DNA of 64,000 nt, taken from assembly GCA_046349595.1 (NCBI GenBank), contig JAXMCA010000001.1:1186522-1250521 (forward strand). Direction: 5' to 3'. Origin of the DNA: Planctomycetota bacterium (lineage in GTDB: Bacteria > Planctomycetota > UBA1135 > UBA2386). The position numbers and the translations under genes are program-made. Below are positions 39,786 to 49,299 of this stretch, in pieces; the first letter of the stretch is position 1; the number at the start of each line of letters is the position of its first letter. The notes under the pieces are model-generated. The model made no database searches and was not told the DNA's origin. It saw only the letters and a program-made list of their open reading frames with translations.

Positions 39786-42700
39786 TCACTCGGCGTGATG
39801 GGTCGGGATCTGCCCGGGCAGTCCCTCGATGCTGCGGACGTGCACGTCGCGCTGCGGGAAGGCGATCTCGATGCCTTCGGCCCGGAACGCGGCGTCGATC
39901 GCCTCGTGCAGCGCGGTGATGGTGACCGACCAGTCGTCCATGGCGTGGAACACGCGTACCTCCAGATCGAGCGTGCTGTCGCCGAAGCCGCGGAACACCG
40001 CGTCGGGCGTCGGATCGGGGAGGATCGTGCGCACGCTGCGCGCAGCCTCGAGGAGCAGCTCGCGTGCGCGATGGGTGTCGGTTCCGTAGGCGACGCCGAC
40101 CTTGACCACCAGGCGCACCACCGGACTGCTCAGGCTCCAGTTCACGAAGTGTCCGGTGATGAACTCGCGGTTGGGCACGATCAGCTCCTTGCGGTCGAAG
40201 TCCATGATCGTGGTCGCTCGCATGCGGATGCGCGTGACGCGACCGTCCACGCCGCTGACGGTCACGAGATCGCCGACGCGCAGCGGTCGTTCGAACAGCA
40301 GGATCAGGCCCGAGACGAAGTTGGCGAAGATCTCCTGCAGGCCGAAGCCGAGGCCGACCGAGACCGCAGCCGCCATCCACTGCAACTTGGACCAGCCGAC
40401 GCCGATGCCGGTGAAGGCGATGATCGAGCCGATCAGCACGATCACGTAGCGCATCACGGTGGTGATCGCGTAGCGCTCGCCGGCGCTGACGCCGAGGTGG
40501 CGCAGCACGAGCAGCTCGAACAGGCCCCCGGCGTTGCGCGACAGCACCCAGGTCGCCCCGAGCACGACCAGGGCGAGCAGCAGATTGGCGAGCGTGACCG
40601 GCACCTCGGTGACCTGCACCGCGGTGTGCGTGCCGGCGACGTCGGTGGTGGTCACGGTGGACTGGACCGTCTCGGTCCACAGCGAGACTTCGCGCAGGAT
40701 GCCGAGCGCCGGCAGCACGTCGACCCAGATCGCCCAGGCGCCGAGTGCCAGGGCCAGCAGAGTGGTCAGCCCGAGCAGGCTGCGCGTCTGCTGGTCGAGG
40801 CTGACCAGGTCGACGACCGGTGCCTCGGGCTCCTCCGGACGCGTCTCGGCGCCGAGGGCTTCGCTCTCGGCCCCGCTCTCCGCGGCACGGCGTCGACGTT
40901 CGCGCGCCTGCTGGATCGCGATCGCGCGCCGCGACAGCAAGAGCCAGCGCTGCACCAGGGCGACCACCAACGACACACCGAGGACCAGCACGGCGGTGCG
41001 CTCGAGCCGCACCGACAACTCGCTCGCGGTGAACACCCAGCCGAGCAGCGTGAGCAGCGCCAGTCCGAGCGGCACCCCGATGCCGGCGAGGTAGGTCAGG
41101 ACGCGCAGCTTCTTGCGCGTCGCGAACGACGGCGACGTCGCCAGCGCGCCGCGGGTCGGGTGCAGGATGCCGCGGAACAACCACAGATAGGTGAACAGCG
41201 CGACGAGCAGCGCCAGTCGACCGAGTGTCGCCGACAGCTCGTCGTCCTCGGCGTTGAGCGTCGCCTCTGCGGCGCGCGCCGCGACCAGCAGGGGTGCTGC
41301 GATGCGCAGGTCGCGGCGCACCACGCGCACCGCGCGCTCCTCCCAGCCGAAGTGCACGAGCGCGAGGCCGTCGCTGCGCAGGGCGGCGTCGACCACCGCG
41401 AGCGTGGTCGCCAGTGGGACGATCGCACGCAGCGCGACCTCGACCGAAGGCGCCTCGCCGGCCGCGGCGGACAGGCGGGCCAGGGCGAGCGGCAGCACCA
41501 GCGCCGGTGCGGCGAGCAGCGCCGTGTCGACGACGGCGAGCAGCGTGGGGGCGAAACGCGTGGCGGCTCGCTGGCGGGCGTCGCGCGCGTGCACGGCGAG
41601 ACGCCGCAGGAACAGCGGGCGCATGCCGAGCAGGGCGACGAGCAGCAGCGCGAAGGCGATCGCCGTCGCCGGCGCGGCGACGACCTGGTGGAGCACGCTG
41701 CGGGTCGCGTCGACCCACAGCGTCGCGACCCGTGTCGCGGCGTCGGGCACGGTCCTGAACGGCTGGCTCCACACCGGTTGACCGCTCGGGATCCACAGCA
41801 CGCGTTCGTCGACGAACTTCGCGGTGCGTTCGGCCGTGGCGAGCAGGGTCTGCTGCTGTGCGTCCGCACTGCCGTAGTCGCGGGTCAGTGCGCTGTAGCC
41901 CTCGGCGAGCTTGCGGAGGAGCTTGCGGCGGGAGTCGAGGAGATTGCGGACCTCGCCGCGCAGCGTGGGGTCGGCGACGTCGAGCTTGAGCGAGCCGAGC
42001 GTTGCATCGACGACCCCGGCCGGATCCTCGAGACGCCGCAACTCGTTCTCGAACTCGTAGCGGGTGGTGTAGGCCGCGATCTGGTCGGCGTGGAGCGCGC
42101 GGTTGGCGCGCCGCACCGTCTCGAGGTCCGCGAGCTGGCTGCGCCGCAGTTCGCGCAGCTCCAGACCGATCGCCTCGGTCAGGCCGATCTGCTTCTCGCG
42201 CGACTGCGAGGTGGCGAGATCGCGCTCCAGGCTCTCCTGACGGCGCTTCGCCGCTTCGATGGTGACGTCCAGATCGCTGCGCTGCTTGGCGAGTCGCCGC
42301 AGCTTCTCGACGAGTGCGACGTTGCTCTCCGCGAGACTGCGCAGGCGGGGATCGGCTTCGGCCACCGCCGTGTTCGCGGCGCGCTCGGCGGAGTCGATCT
42401 CCTGACGCCGCTGATCGGCGGTCAGCTTCTGCACGTTCTGCACGCGTGTGGCGGCGGCGTCGCGTTCCAGCGTCGCTCCGTCGCGACGCGCCGCGTACAG
42501 CGCACCGAGCTTCTCCAGCGAGGACTGCTCGAGCTCGAGTTCGGCGATCTGCGCCTCCACCCGCATCATGCGCGCGCGCTGGCGCATGCGCCGCGCGTTG
42601 ACCATCGCGGGGTTCTCGTCGGGGGCGGGAGCGGCGGCGAGCAGACCCTGCACCTCGGTGCGCTCGGCCCGTGCCGTCGCCATCGCGCCGGGCAGCTCGG

Positions 42701-43205
42701 TGCGTCGGGTCTCGAGATCGTTGATCGCCTGAGTCGCCTTCGCGAGCTCCTCCGCCGCGGTCCGACGATCCTGCTCGGCCTTGCTCTGCGCGGCTTCGAG
42801 ATCGGCGAGACGGGTGCCGATGTCGAAGGCGCCGGTCGGCTCGACGCTCGGGAAATCGATGTCGTGGTGGATGCGGGCGATCTCGGCGTCGGCGCCGTCC
42901 AGCGTCGCCTGCAGTGCCGTGCGTCGTGCGCTCCACTCGTCGCGGCGCGAAAGGTGCGAGCGGGCCTCGTCGAGCATCGCCAACGCCTGCTTGCGCAGGT
43001 CGTCGCCGAGCGCAGCGTCGGCTTCGATCGACTTGCGCAGCGCGTCGATGCGGTCCGCATCGACGGGGTCGCCCTGAAGGCTGGGTGGCGGACTCTGGTC
43101 CTGGCACGGGGCCGGCGCGGTCGCGAGCAGCGCGAGTACCAGGGCGAACAGCAGCGCGAAGGTGTTGCGCCTCGCGCGTCGGCCCCGGGATCGGTCGTCC
43201 GCCAT
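39786..43205 (-). CDS. MscK/KefA-like mechanosensitive channel with long periplasmic coiled-coil N-domain
   Basis: A signal/TM segment FALLFALVLALLA is followed by about 450 aa of coiled coil and multiple TM helices. The MscS core reads FGLQEIFANFVSGLILLFERPLRVGDLVTV. Confidence 0.85.
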   Translation of the reverse strand: MADDRSRGRRARRNTFALLFALVLALLATAPAPCQDQSPPPSLQGDPVDADRIDALRKSIEADAALGDDLRKQALAMLDEARSHLSRRDEWSARRTALQATLDGADAEIARIHHDIDFPSVEPTGAFDIGTRLADLEAAQSKAEQDRRTAAEELAKATQAINDLETRRTELPGAMATARAERTEVQGLLAAAPAPDENPAMVNARRMRQRARMMRVEAQIAELELEQSSLEKLGALYAARRDGATLERDAAATRVQNVQKLTADQRRQEIDSAERAANTAVAEADPRLRSLAESNVALVEKLRRLAKQRSDLDVTIEAAKRRQESLERDLATSQSREKQIGLTEAIGLELRELRRSQLADLETVRRANRALHADQIAAYTTRYEFENELRRLEDPAGVVDATLGSLKLDVADPTLRGEVRNLLDSRRKLLRKLAEGYSALTRDYGSADAQQQTLLATAERTAKFVDERVLWIPSGQPVWSQPFRTVPDAATRVATLWVDATRSVLHQVVAAPATAIAFALLLVALLGMRPLFLRRLAVHARDARQRAATRFAPTLLAVVDTALLAAPALVLPLALARLSAAAGEAPSVEVALRAIVPLATTLAVVDAALRSDGLALVHFGWEERAVRVVRRDLRIAAPLLVAARAAEATLNAEDDELSATLGRLALLVALFTYLWLFRGILHPTRGALATSPSFATRKKLRVLTYLAGIGVPLGLALLTLLGWVFTASELSVRLERTAVLVLGVSLVVALVQRWLLLSRRAIAIQQARERRRRAAESGAESEALGAETRPEEPEAPVVDLVSLDQQTRSLLGLTTLLALALGAWAIWVDVLPALGILREVSLWTETVQSTVTTTDVAGTHTAVQVTEVPVTLANLLLALVVLGATWVLSRNAGGLFELLVLRHLGVSAGERYAITTVMRYVIVLIGSIIAFTGIGVGWSKLQWMAAAVSVGLGFGLQEIFANFVSGLILLFERPLRVGDLVTVSGVDGRVTRIRMRATTIMDFDRKELIVPNREFITGHFVNWSLSSPVVRLVVKVGVAYGTDTHRARELLLEAARSVRTILPDPTPDAVFRGFGDSTLDLEVRVFHAMDDWSVTITALHEAIDAAFRAEGIEIAFPQRDVHVRSIEGLPGQIPTHHAE

Positions 43206-43216
43206 CGCGGGCGATG

Positions 43217-43960
43217 CTAACCGCGCGCCTTCATCCGACGCAGCACGTCGAGTTGCGCGAACAACGCGGTCACCGCGGTCTCGACGCGCAGCGGGTGCGG
43301 CCCGGCGTGGACCGGAGCGAAGCGGTGCGCCTCGAGCAGGCGGCACTCGAAGTCGTTGAAGCCGCGCTCGGGTCCGATGGCGAGTGCGATCGGCTTCCCG
43401 GCGACCGGCGGCACCTCGAGCAGATCGCGTGGGGCGCGCGGATCGGCGAGGTAGCACCGGGCGTCGCCGCACAGCGCATCGAGGCGGTCCTCGACGAAGG
43501 GGCGGAACAGGGCTTCGACGCGGATCTCCGGCCGCATGGTGCGTCGTGCTTGTTCCAGGCCGGCGAGCACGCGCGTCTCGAGATCCGCCTCGCTCAGGGC
43601 CGTGCTCGACAGGTGGCTCTTGTCGGTGAACCAGCTCCGCACCAGCACGATCGATCCGAAGCCGAGCGCCGTGGCGTGCTCGATGCAGCGACCGAGCACC
43701 TTCGGCCGCGGCACCGCGAGCAGCAGCAGGTCGGCGCTGCGTGGCGGCGCGGGTTCGTCGAAACGGCAGCGCAGCCTCACCTCCTCACCGCGGATCGCGA
43801 GCACCTCGGCGTGGCCGAGCGCGCCGTCCAGCAGGCCGGCGCGCAACATGCGCCCTTCGGCGACGCCGAGGACCTCGCGCAGATGGCGCGCGCGACGATC
43901 GGAGAGCGTCGCGCAGTCGTCGGCACCGACTTCGTCCTGCCGCAGCAGGAGCAGATTCAT
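43217..43960 (-). CDS. rsmE: 16S rRNA (uracil1498-N3)-methyltransferase
   Basis: MNLLLLRQDEV...RHLREVL...IGPERGF...LRVETA. ATGA overlap with the upstream gene. Confidence 0.85.
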   Translation of the reverse strand: MNLLLLRQDEVGADDCATLSDRRARHLREVLGVAEGRMLRAGLLDGALGHAEVLAIRGEEVRLRCRFDEPAPPRSADLLLLAVPRPKVLGRCIEHATALGFGSIVLVRSWFTDKSHLSSTALSEADLETRVLAGLEQARRTMRPEIRVEALFRPFVEDRLDALCGDARCYLADPRAPRDLLEVPPVAGKPIALAIGPERGFNDFECRLLEAHRFAPVHAGPHPLRVETAVTALFAQLDVLRRMKARG

Positions 43961-44955
43961 CGCTTCTTCGGTGGCGGGGGAGCCGGGTCGTCCGGCGTGT
44001 ACAGCCAGCACTGGTTCTTGCCGCGCCGCTTCGCCTGGTGCAACGCCTTGTTCGCGCGGGTGCGCAGGTCGATCGGATCGCCCTCGCCGCGGCCCTCGAA
44101 GGTGTCGATGCCGATCGAGACGGTGACCCGCTGCGCGTAGCCGCGTGCCTGCACGGTGGTCTCGGCGATGCGCTTCTTGATGCGCGTCGCGGTCTGCACC
44201 GCCTCGGCCGAGGTGGTGTGGGGCAGCAGGAGCACGAACTCGTCGCCGCCGAAACGCGCCGCGTAGTCGGTTTCTCGGATGTTGCGCTTGAGGGTCTCCG
44301 CGACCTGCCGCAGCACCACGTCACCGAAGGCGTACTCGGTGGTGTCGTTGATCGACTTGAAGTCGTCGACGTCGATCAGCAGCAACGACAGCGGCTGCAG
44401 GTGGCGCTGCGCGCGCTTGAACTCGATGTGCAGCGCGTTCTTGAAGTGCCGCTCGCTCGACAGGCCGGTCTTGAAGTCGATGGTGACCTGGTCCTCGAGT
44501 TCGGAGGCCCGGCGGCGCAGCAGCGCGAAGGCTTCGCGACGGCGCAGGGCGAGGTCGATGCGGTGCAGGCACTCGTCGACCGACGGCGGCTTGAGCAGGA
44601 AGTCGGCGAGGGGCAGTTCGATGCGCCGCGCCTGCTCGACACCGCGCAGCGCGTCGACCAGCAGGATGACGGGCACCGGGAGGCCGTCGTGCTGCAGTGC
44701 CTCGACCAGCTCGAGTTCGACGCCGCCGGGCTTGATCACCAGCGGGTTGAGCAGGACGACGTCGGGCTGGACCCTCTGCAGCAGGGCCTGGGTCTCCGCG
44801 AGGGAATCGGCCTGGGCCACCTCGTGCCCGCGCCGCACCAGGGCGGAGATCAGCTCACCCAGCGCATCGCGGTGGTGGTTGAGCAGCAGGACGCGGGCCG
44901 CGCGCGGGCTTTGGGCCGCCGGGGTCGCGGCTTCGATTTCGTCCGGTTCTTGCAT
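43957..44955 (-). CDS. diguanylate cyclase (GGDEF) with degenerate N-terminal receiver domain
   Basis: RFGGDEFVLLL with an RETD I-site 5 residues upstream. The REC-like region carries LLLNHH and VVLLNPLV instead of DD and D. Confidence 0.85.
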   Translation of the reverse strand: MQEPDEIEAATPAAQSPRAARVLLLNHHRDALGELISALVRRGHEVAQADSLAETQALLQRVQPDVVLLNPLVIKPGGVELELVEALQHDGLPVPVILLVDALRGVEQARRIELPLADFLLKPPSVDECLHRIDLALRRREAFALLRRRASELEDQVTIDFKTGLSSERHFKNALHIEFKRAQRHLQPLSLLLIDVDDFKSINDTTEYAFGDVVLRQVAETLKRNIRETDYAARFGGDEFVLLLPHTTSAEAVQTATRIKKRIAETTVQARGYAQRVTVSIGIDTFEGRGEGDPIDLRTRANKALHQAKRRGKNQCWLYTPDDPAPPPPKKR

Positions 44956-45246
44956 GGCGCGCGCGGCGTCCTCCCGGGCCGCCGATCCGTGGCGAACGGA
45001 GTCTGCGCGGGGGTGCAGCCGGTTCAAGGCTACCTCAGGCGGGAGGGTCGGCGGGCTGGATGCGGGGCGGCGCAACGGAGGAGTCCGGGGATTGGACGAC
45101 GCGTGCAGGACTGCGGCGGATGCTAGCCAACACGCCAGCCTCACGCCCGCCGCGATCGGCGCATCGCGGGACCGCGGAGGTGCGTCGCGCGCCCGCTTCG
45201 CGCGTGGTGCGGGGGGGGTCGCGGCGCGTGTCGTTCCGACGGGCGC

Positions 45247-45274
45247 TTGAACCGCGCGGACGCGTCCCTAGAAT
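45247..45274 (+). promoter_or_regulatory. candidate sigma-70 promoter of rpsB
   Basis: TTGAAC (45247-52), 16 nt, TAGAAT (45269-74). It lies 65 nt upstream of the rpsB GTG. Confidence 0.5.
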
Positions 45275-45339
45275 CCCCGGCCCTCTTCTGGGCCCGTCAG
45301 GCCCATCCCCGCGATTCGATTCGAAGGTTCGGAGTCCAC

Positions 45340-46368
45340 GTGACCGTCGTCACCGTCCAGGAGCTCATCGACGCCGGTGTCCATTTCGGACACCAGGCGC
45401 GCCGCTGGAACCCCAAGATGAAGCCATTCATCCATGGGAGGCGGCACAACGTCCATCTCATCGACCTCAAGGCGACGATCCGCGGATTGATCCAGGCGCA
45501 GCACTTCGTGCGCGCCCTGGCGTCCACCGGCGGGCAGGTCCTGTTCGTCGGCACGAAGAAGCAGATCCGGTCGGTGGTCGAGGCCGAGGCCAAGCGTGGC
45601 GGCATGCCGGCCATCACCGAGCGCTGGATCGGCGGCACGCTGACCAACTTCGCCACCGTCCGCGAGCGCCTCGCGCGTCTCAACGACCTCGAGGCGATGG
45701 AGGCCGATGGCACGATGGAGCGCCACAAGAAGAAGGCCCAGTCGATGCTGCGCCGCGAGATGCGCAAGATCCAGCGCAACCTCGAGGGCGTCCGCGAACT
45801 GTTCGGCATGCCGGCCGCGATCATCGTGGTCGACCCGCGCCGTGAGGACAACGCGATGAAGGAAGCCGCGCGCATGAACGTGCCGGTGATCGCGATCCTC
45901 GACACCGACTGCGATCCCGATCTCGCCGACATCCCGGTCCCGGGCAATGACGACGCGGTCGCCTCGGTGCAGCTCCTGCTCGGCAAGCTGACCGACGCCC
46001 TGCTCGAGGGGCGCGCGAGCGCCGATGACGCTTCCCTCCACGAGGCCAAGCGCCTCGCGGCGGAAGATCCCCGCACCCGAGAGGTCTCCGGACGTCGCGG
46101 GAGCTCGGGTCCTGCTGCGGCCAGCGCGGGCGGCGGACGCGACGGTGGAGGACGTGAGGGCGGCGGCGGTCGCGGCGGCGGCGGCGGCGGGGGTCGCGGC
46201 GGTCCGCGTCGCAACGACGGCGGTGGCCGTCTCGGCCGTCGTGCGTCCGGGCGCTTCGCCGACCGTGCCGGTGGACACTCCAGCAGCGTGTCGGTCGGCG
46301 GTGGCTCCGAGCAGCCCGAGGGCAGTGCCGGTGGAGCGGGCTCCGGGGACGCACCCGCGAGCGAGTGA
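45340..46368 (+). CDS. rpsB: 30S ribosomal protein S2 with long Gly/Arg-rich C-terminal extension
   Basis: VTVVTVQELIDAGVHFGHQARRWNPKM. GGAG lies 5 nt upstream of the GTG. The tail reads GGGRDGGGREGGGGRGGGGGGGRGG. Confidence 0.9.
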   Translation: MTVVTVQELIDAGVHFGHQARRWNPKMKPFIHGRRHNVHLIDLKATIRGLIQAQHFVRALASTGGQVLFVGTKKQIRSVVEAEAKRGGMPAITERWIGGTLTNFATVRERLARLNDLEAMEADGTMERHKKKAQSMLRREMRKIQRNLEGVRELFGMPAAIIVVDPRREDNAMKEAARMNVPVIAILDTDCDPDLADIPVPGNDDAVASVQLLLGKLTDALLEGRASADDASLHEAKRLAAEDPRTREVSGRRGSSGPAAASAGGGRDGGGREGGGGRGGGGGGGRGGPRRNDGGGRLGRRASGRFADRAGGHSSSVSVGGGSEQPEGSAGGAGSGDAPASE

Positions 46369-46456
46369 GTCACGAGGCGCGCGGCACGGTGCTGCGCGCG
46401 GGACCGGTCCACCCGACGATCGCGCGGCGCGCGAGGGTTCGACCGGATCCGACGAG

Positions 46457-46476
46457 GTCACGCCGTGTGGCGTGAC
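46457..46476 (+). terminator. hairpin in the rpsB-tsf spacer (possible attenuator)
   Basis: GTCACGCC-GTGT-GGCGTGAC. A TTTT run begins 9 nt downstream, so this is not a textbook intrinsic terminator. Confidence 0.3.
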
Positions 46477-46605
46477 TTCGCGCGTTTTCCGGCGCGTCCG
46501 GTCGACGGACCGTGATGCGCGCTGCCTGGGCGCGAGAACGCGCCCTTGGAACCCCGAGAAACCAACACCACACCGGTCCGAAGGTGGCCGGAGCAGGAGA
46601 TCGAG

Positions 46606-47208
46606 ATGGCGGAGATCGATGCCAAGATGGTCGGCGCGCTGCGCAAGCGCACCGGCGCACCGATGATGGACTGCAAGGAGGCCCTGATCGAGTCCGGCGG
46701 CGACATGGAGAAGGCCGTCGACATCCTTCGCAAGAAGGGGCTCAAGGCCGCCGACGCGCGCGGTGAGCGCGAGGCCACCGAGGGTCGCGTGTTCAGCTAC
46801 GTCCACCACAACGGCAAGCTCGGTGTGCTGGTCGAACTCGGTTGCGAGACCGACTTCGTCGCCCGCAACGAGGAGTTCAACGCCTTCGGCCGCGACCTCT
46901 GCCTGCACGTGGCCGCCTTCCGCCCGCGCTACCTCGACGCCTCGGCCGTACCGGCGCAGGAAGTCGAGCGCGAGCGCGCGATCGTGCTCGAGCAGACCCG
47001 CACCCAGATGGCGGGCCGCCCTGACGACGTGATCCAGAAGGCCGTCGACGGGCGCATGCAGAAGTTCTTCGCCGAGCAGTGCCTCGTCGATCAGCCTTGG
47101 GTGCACGACGACAAGAAGTCGGTCGGCACGGTGGTGAAGGAGTTCGCCGGCAAGATCGGCGAGAACATCCGCCTGCGCCGCTTCTCGCGTATGGAACTCG
47201 GAGGCTGA
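46606..47208 (+). CDS. tsf: translation elongation factor Ts (short form)
   Basis: [39 protein letters not shown] lies upstream. Confidence 0.9.
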   Translation: MAEIDAKMVGALRKRTGAPMMDCKEALIESGGDMEKAVDILRKKGLKAADARGEREATEGRVFSYVHHNGKLGVLVELGCETDFVARNEEFNAFGRDLCLHVAAFRPRYLDASAVPAQEVERERAIVLEQTRTQMAGRPDDVIQKAVDGRMQKFFAEQCLVDQPWVHDDKKSVGTVVKEFAGKIGENIRLRRFSRMELGG

Positions 47209-47210
47209 GC

Positions 47211-47939
47211 TTGGCCGTCGGCGTCCCGACCCGCATCCACCGCGTGCTTCTCAAGCTCAGCGGGGAGAGCCTGGCTCGCCCCGGCGAGGTCGGCGTCGAT
47301 CCCGCCGTGCTGAGCACGCTCGCCGACCAGATCGGCGGCGTGAAGCGTCTCGGCGTGCAGGTCGCGGTGGTGGTGGGCGGCGGCAACCTGATCCGCGGAG
47401 CGGCCTTCGCGGAGTACGGCACCAGCCGCGCGACCGCGGACCAGATGGGCATGTTGGCGACCGCGATCAACTCGCTGGCGCTGCAGGACGCGCTCGAACG
47501 CGCCGGAGTCGAGACGCGTGCCCTGTCCGCGATCCCGATGAACATGGTGATGGAGCCTTTCATCCGGCGCCGCGCCGTGCGTCACCTCGAGAAGGGCCGT
47601 GTCGTGATCCTCGCCGCGGGGACCGGCAATCCCTACTTCACCACCGACACCGCGGCTGCGCTGCGCGCCACCGAGCTCGGCGTCGACGCGATTCTCAAGG
47701 CGACCAAGGTCGACGGCATCTACACCGCGGACCCCAAGCGCGATCCCGCGGCCAAGCGCATCGATCGCACGACCTTCCGCGAGGCCCTGGCGCTGGATCT
47801 GCGGGTCATGGACCGCACCGCGTTCACGCTGTGCATGGAGAACGACATGCCGATCATGGTCTTCGACATGTTCGTGCCGGGGAACATGGAGCGGGCGGTG
47901 AAGGGCGAGCCGATCGGCACCTGGGTGGTCTCCGGCTGA
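47211..47939 (+). CDS. pyrH: UMP kinase
   Basis: [11 protein letters not shown]...[11 protein letters not shown]...[17 protein letters not shown]. The TTG start has a GGAGG 7 nt upstream. Confidence 0.9.
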   Translation: MAVGVPTRIHRVLLKLSGESLARPGEVGVDPAVLSTLADQIGGVKRLGVQVAVVVGGGNLIRGAAFAEYGTSRATADQMGMLATAINSLALQDALERAGVETRALSAIPMNMVMEPFIRRRAVRHLEKGRVVILAAGTGNPYFTTDTAAALRATELGVDAILKATKVDGIYTADPKRDPAAKRIDRTTFREALALDLRVMDRTAFTLCMENDMPIMVFDMFVPGNMERAVKGEPIGTWVVSG

Positions 47940-48005
47940 CTCCCGGATGCGGCGCGGAGTGGCGCCGGACCACGCCGTGCGCCTATCGTGGAGGCCAGAC
48001 ACGCC

Positions 48006-48572
48006 ATGGACGGAAAGACCCATTCGATCGTCGCGCAGTTCGACGACCGCGCCGAGAAGACGATCCATCACCTCGCCGACCTGCTCGCGGGCATTCGCAC
48101 CGGTCGCGCTTCGCCGGCCCTGGTCGACCACATCCGGGTCGAGGCCTACGGATCGATGTCGCAGCTCGCGCACGTCGCCCACATCCAGGTTCCCGAGGCG
48201 CGCCAGCTGGTCATCAAGCCCTTCGACGTCTCGATCCTCAAGGCGATCGAGAAGGCGATCCAGACCTCGGACCTCGGGGTGAATCCCTCGGTCGAGGGCA
48301 AAGCCATCCGGCTGAGCCTTCCGCCACTCTCCCAGGAGCAGCGCAAGAAGCTCGGGGCTCGGGTCAAGGATCTCGCCGAGCAGTCGCGCGTCGCGCTGCG
48401 CAACGAGCGTCGCGACGCCAACAAGGCTGCCGAGCACGCGATGGCGGCACACGAGATCAGCGAGGATCTGCTCGAGGAGGCGAAGACCGAGATCCAGGAG
48501 CGCCTCAAGCACTTCGAGAAGCAGATCGACGAGATCCTGCAGAAGAAGACCCACGAGATCATGACCGACTGA
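48006..48572 (+). CDS. frr: ribosome recycling factor
   Basis: LAGIRTGRASPALVDHIRVEAYGS...PLSQEQRKKL. I preferred the ATG at 48006. The GTG at 47988 is also possible. Confidence 0.9.
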   Translation: MDGKTHSIVAQFDDRAEKTIHHLADLLAGIRTGRASPALVDHIRVEAYGSMSQLAHVAHIQVPEARQLVIKPFDVSILKAIEKAIQTSDLGVNPSVEGKAIRLSLPPLSQEQRKKLGARVKDLAEQSRVALRNERRDANKAAEHAMAAHEISEDLLEEAKTEIQERLKHFEKQIDEILQKKTHEIMTD

Positions 48573-48625
48573 CGGGACGGGTCCTCGCCGCAATTCCTGC
48601 GGTGCGGATCCGCCGCCGGCTTTCC

Positions 48626-48698
48626 GGGGGCGTAGCTCAGTCGGCAGAGCAACGGATTTTTAATCCGTCGGTCGCAGGTTCGATTCCTGCCGCCCTCA
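48626..48698 (+). tRNA. tRNA-Lys (anticodon TTT), CCA not encoded
   Basis: Cloverleaf elements:
- Acceptor GGGGGCG / CGCCCTC (one G-U pair).
- D-arm GCTC-AGTCGGCA-GAGC.
- Anticodon arm ACGGA-TTTTTAA-TCCGT.
- T-arm GCAGG-TTCGATT-CCTGC. Confidence 0.9.
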
Positions 48699-48786
48699 CT
48701 CGAGCAGATGACGATGGAAGCACGCGGACGCGGTGCGGCGCACCGCGCCATCCGCGCCCGCAGACCCGACGACCCGCGAGAACCCG

Positions 48787-49047
48787 ATGCCCCTCGACGC
48801 CTCCTTCCTGGCGAAGCTCCGCGCTCCGCGGACCCTGCATCCCCTGCGTCTCGCGACCGCGGTCGAGATCGAGGCCCTCAACGCGGCGGTGCGGAGCGGT
48901 GGGCTGTGCGACAAGGGCGGAACGAAACGGACGCAGCCGCTGATCGAGGCCCTGGTCGACGACGTGGATCGGGTCGCCTTTCCGGTCGACGACGGCATCC
49001 CGGACCTCCTCTCGACCAGCGCCCTGCCTCTTTCCGGGACGCGCTGA
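48787..49047 (+). CDS. Trm112/UPF0434-like small protein (Cys knuckle lost)
   Basis: MPLDASFLAKLRAP...VAFPVDDGIPDLL resembles the YcaR/Trm112 C-terminal motif. Confidence 0.45.
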   Translation: MPLDASFLAKLRAPRTLHPLRLATAVEIEALNAAVRSGGLCDKGGTKRTQPLIEALVDDVDRVAFPVDDGIPDLLSTSALPLSGTR

Positions 49048-49299
49048 GTCGCTCCGCGCGCCCTCGCCAGGGAGGTGCGCCCGCCTCTGTAGTGGTTGCG
49101 GGGTGAGAGCGCCGCGCCAGACCGTGAGTTCGCTTGCGCTTCACCGCCCCGCCTCGCCCAGGCGCTGACGAGGATCTGCCGGCGCGGGCTTCGAATGACC
49201 GGTGTCGCGCGCTAACCTGCTGCGCTCTTTCGACCTGGGTCCGATCCGTCGCATCGACCTCCCGTCCGGAGGCGTGCGCCGCCGCACCGTCGTTCCACG

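Noticed and set aside
37173-43220. Very long ORFs 37173..39683 (-), 38992..43107 (-) and 39795..43220 (+)
   Set aside because: They are antisense or off-frame shadows of rtcB/rtcA and of the MscK-like gene, and they are Arg/Pro/Ala-rich low-complexity translations.
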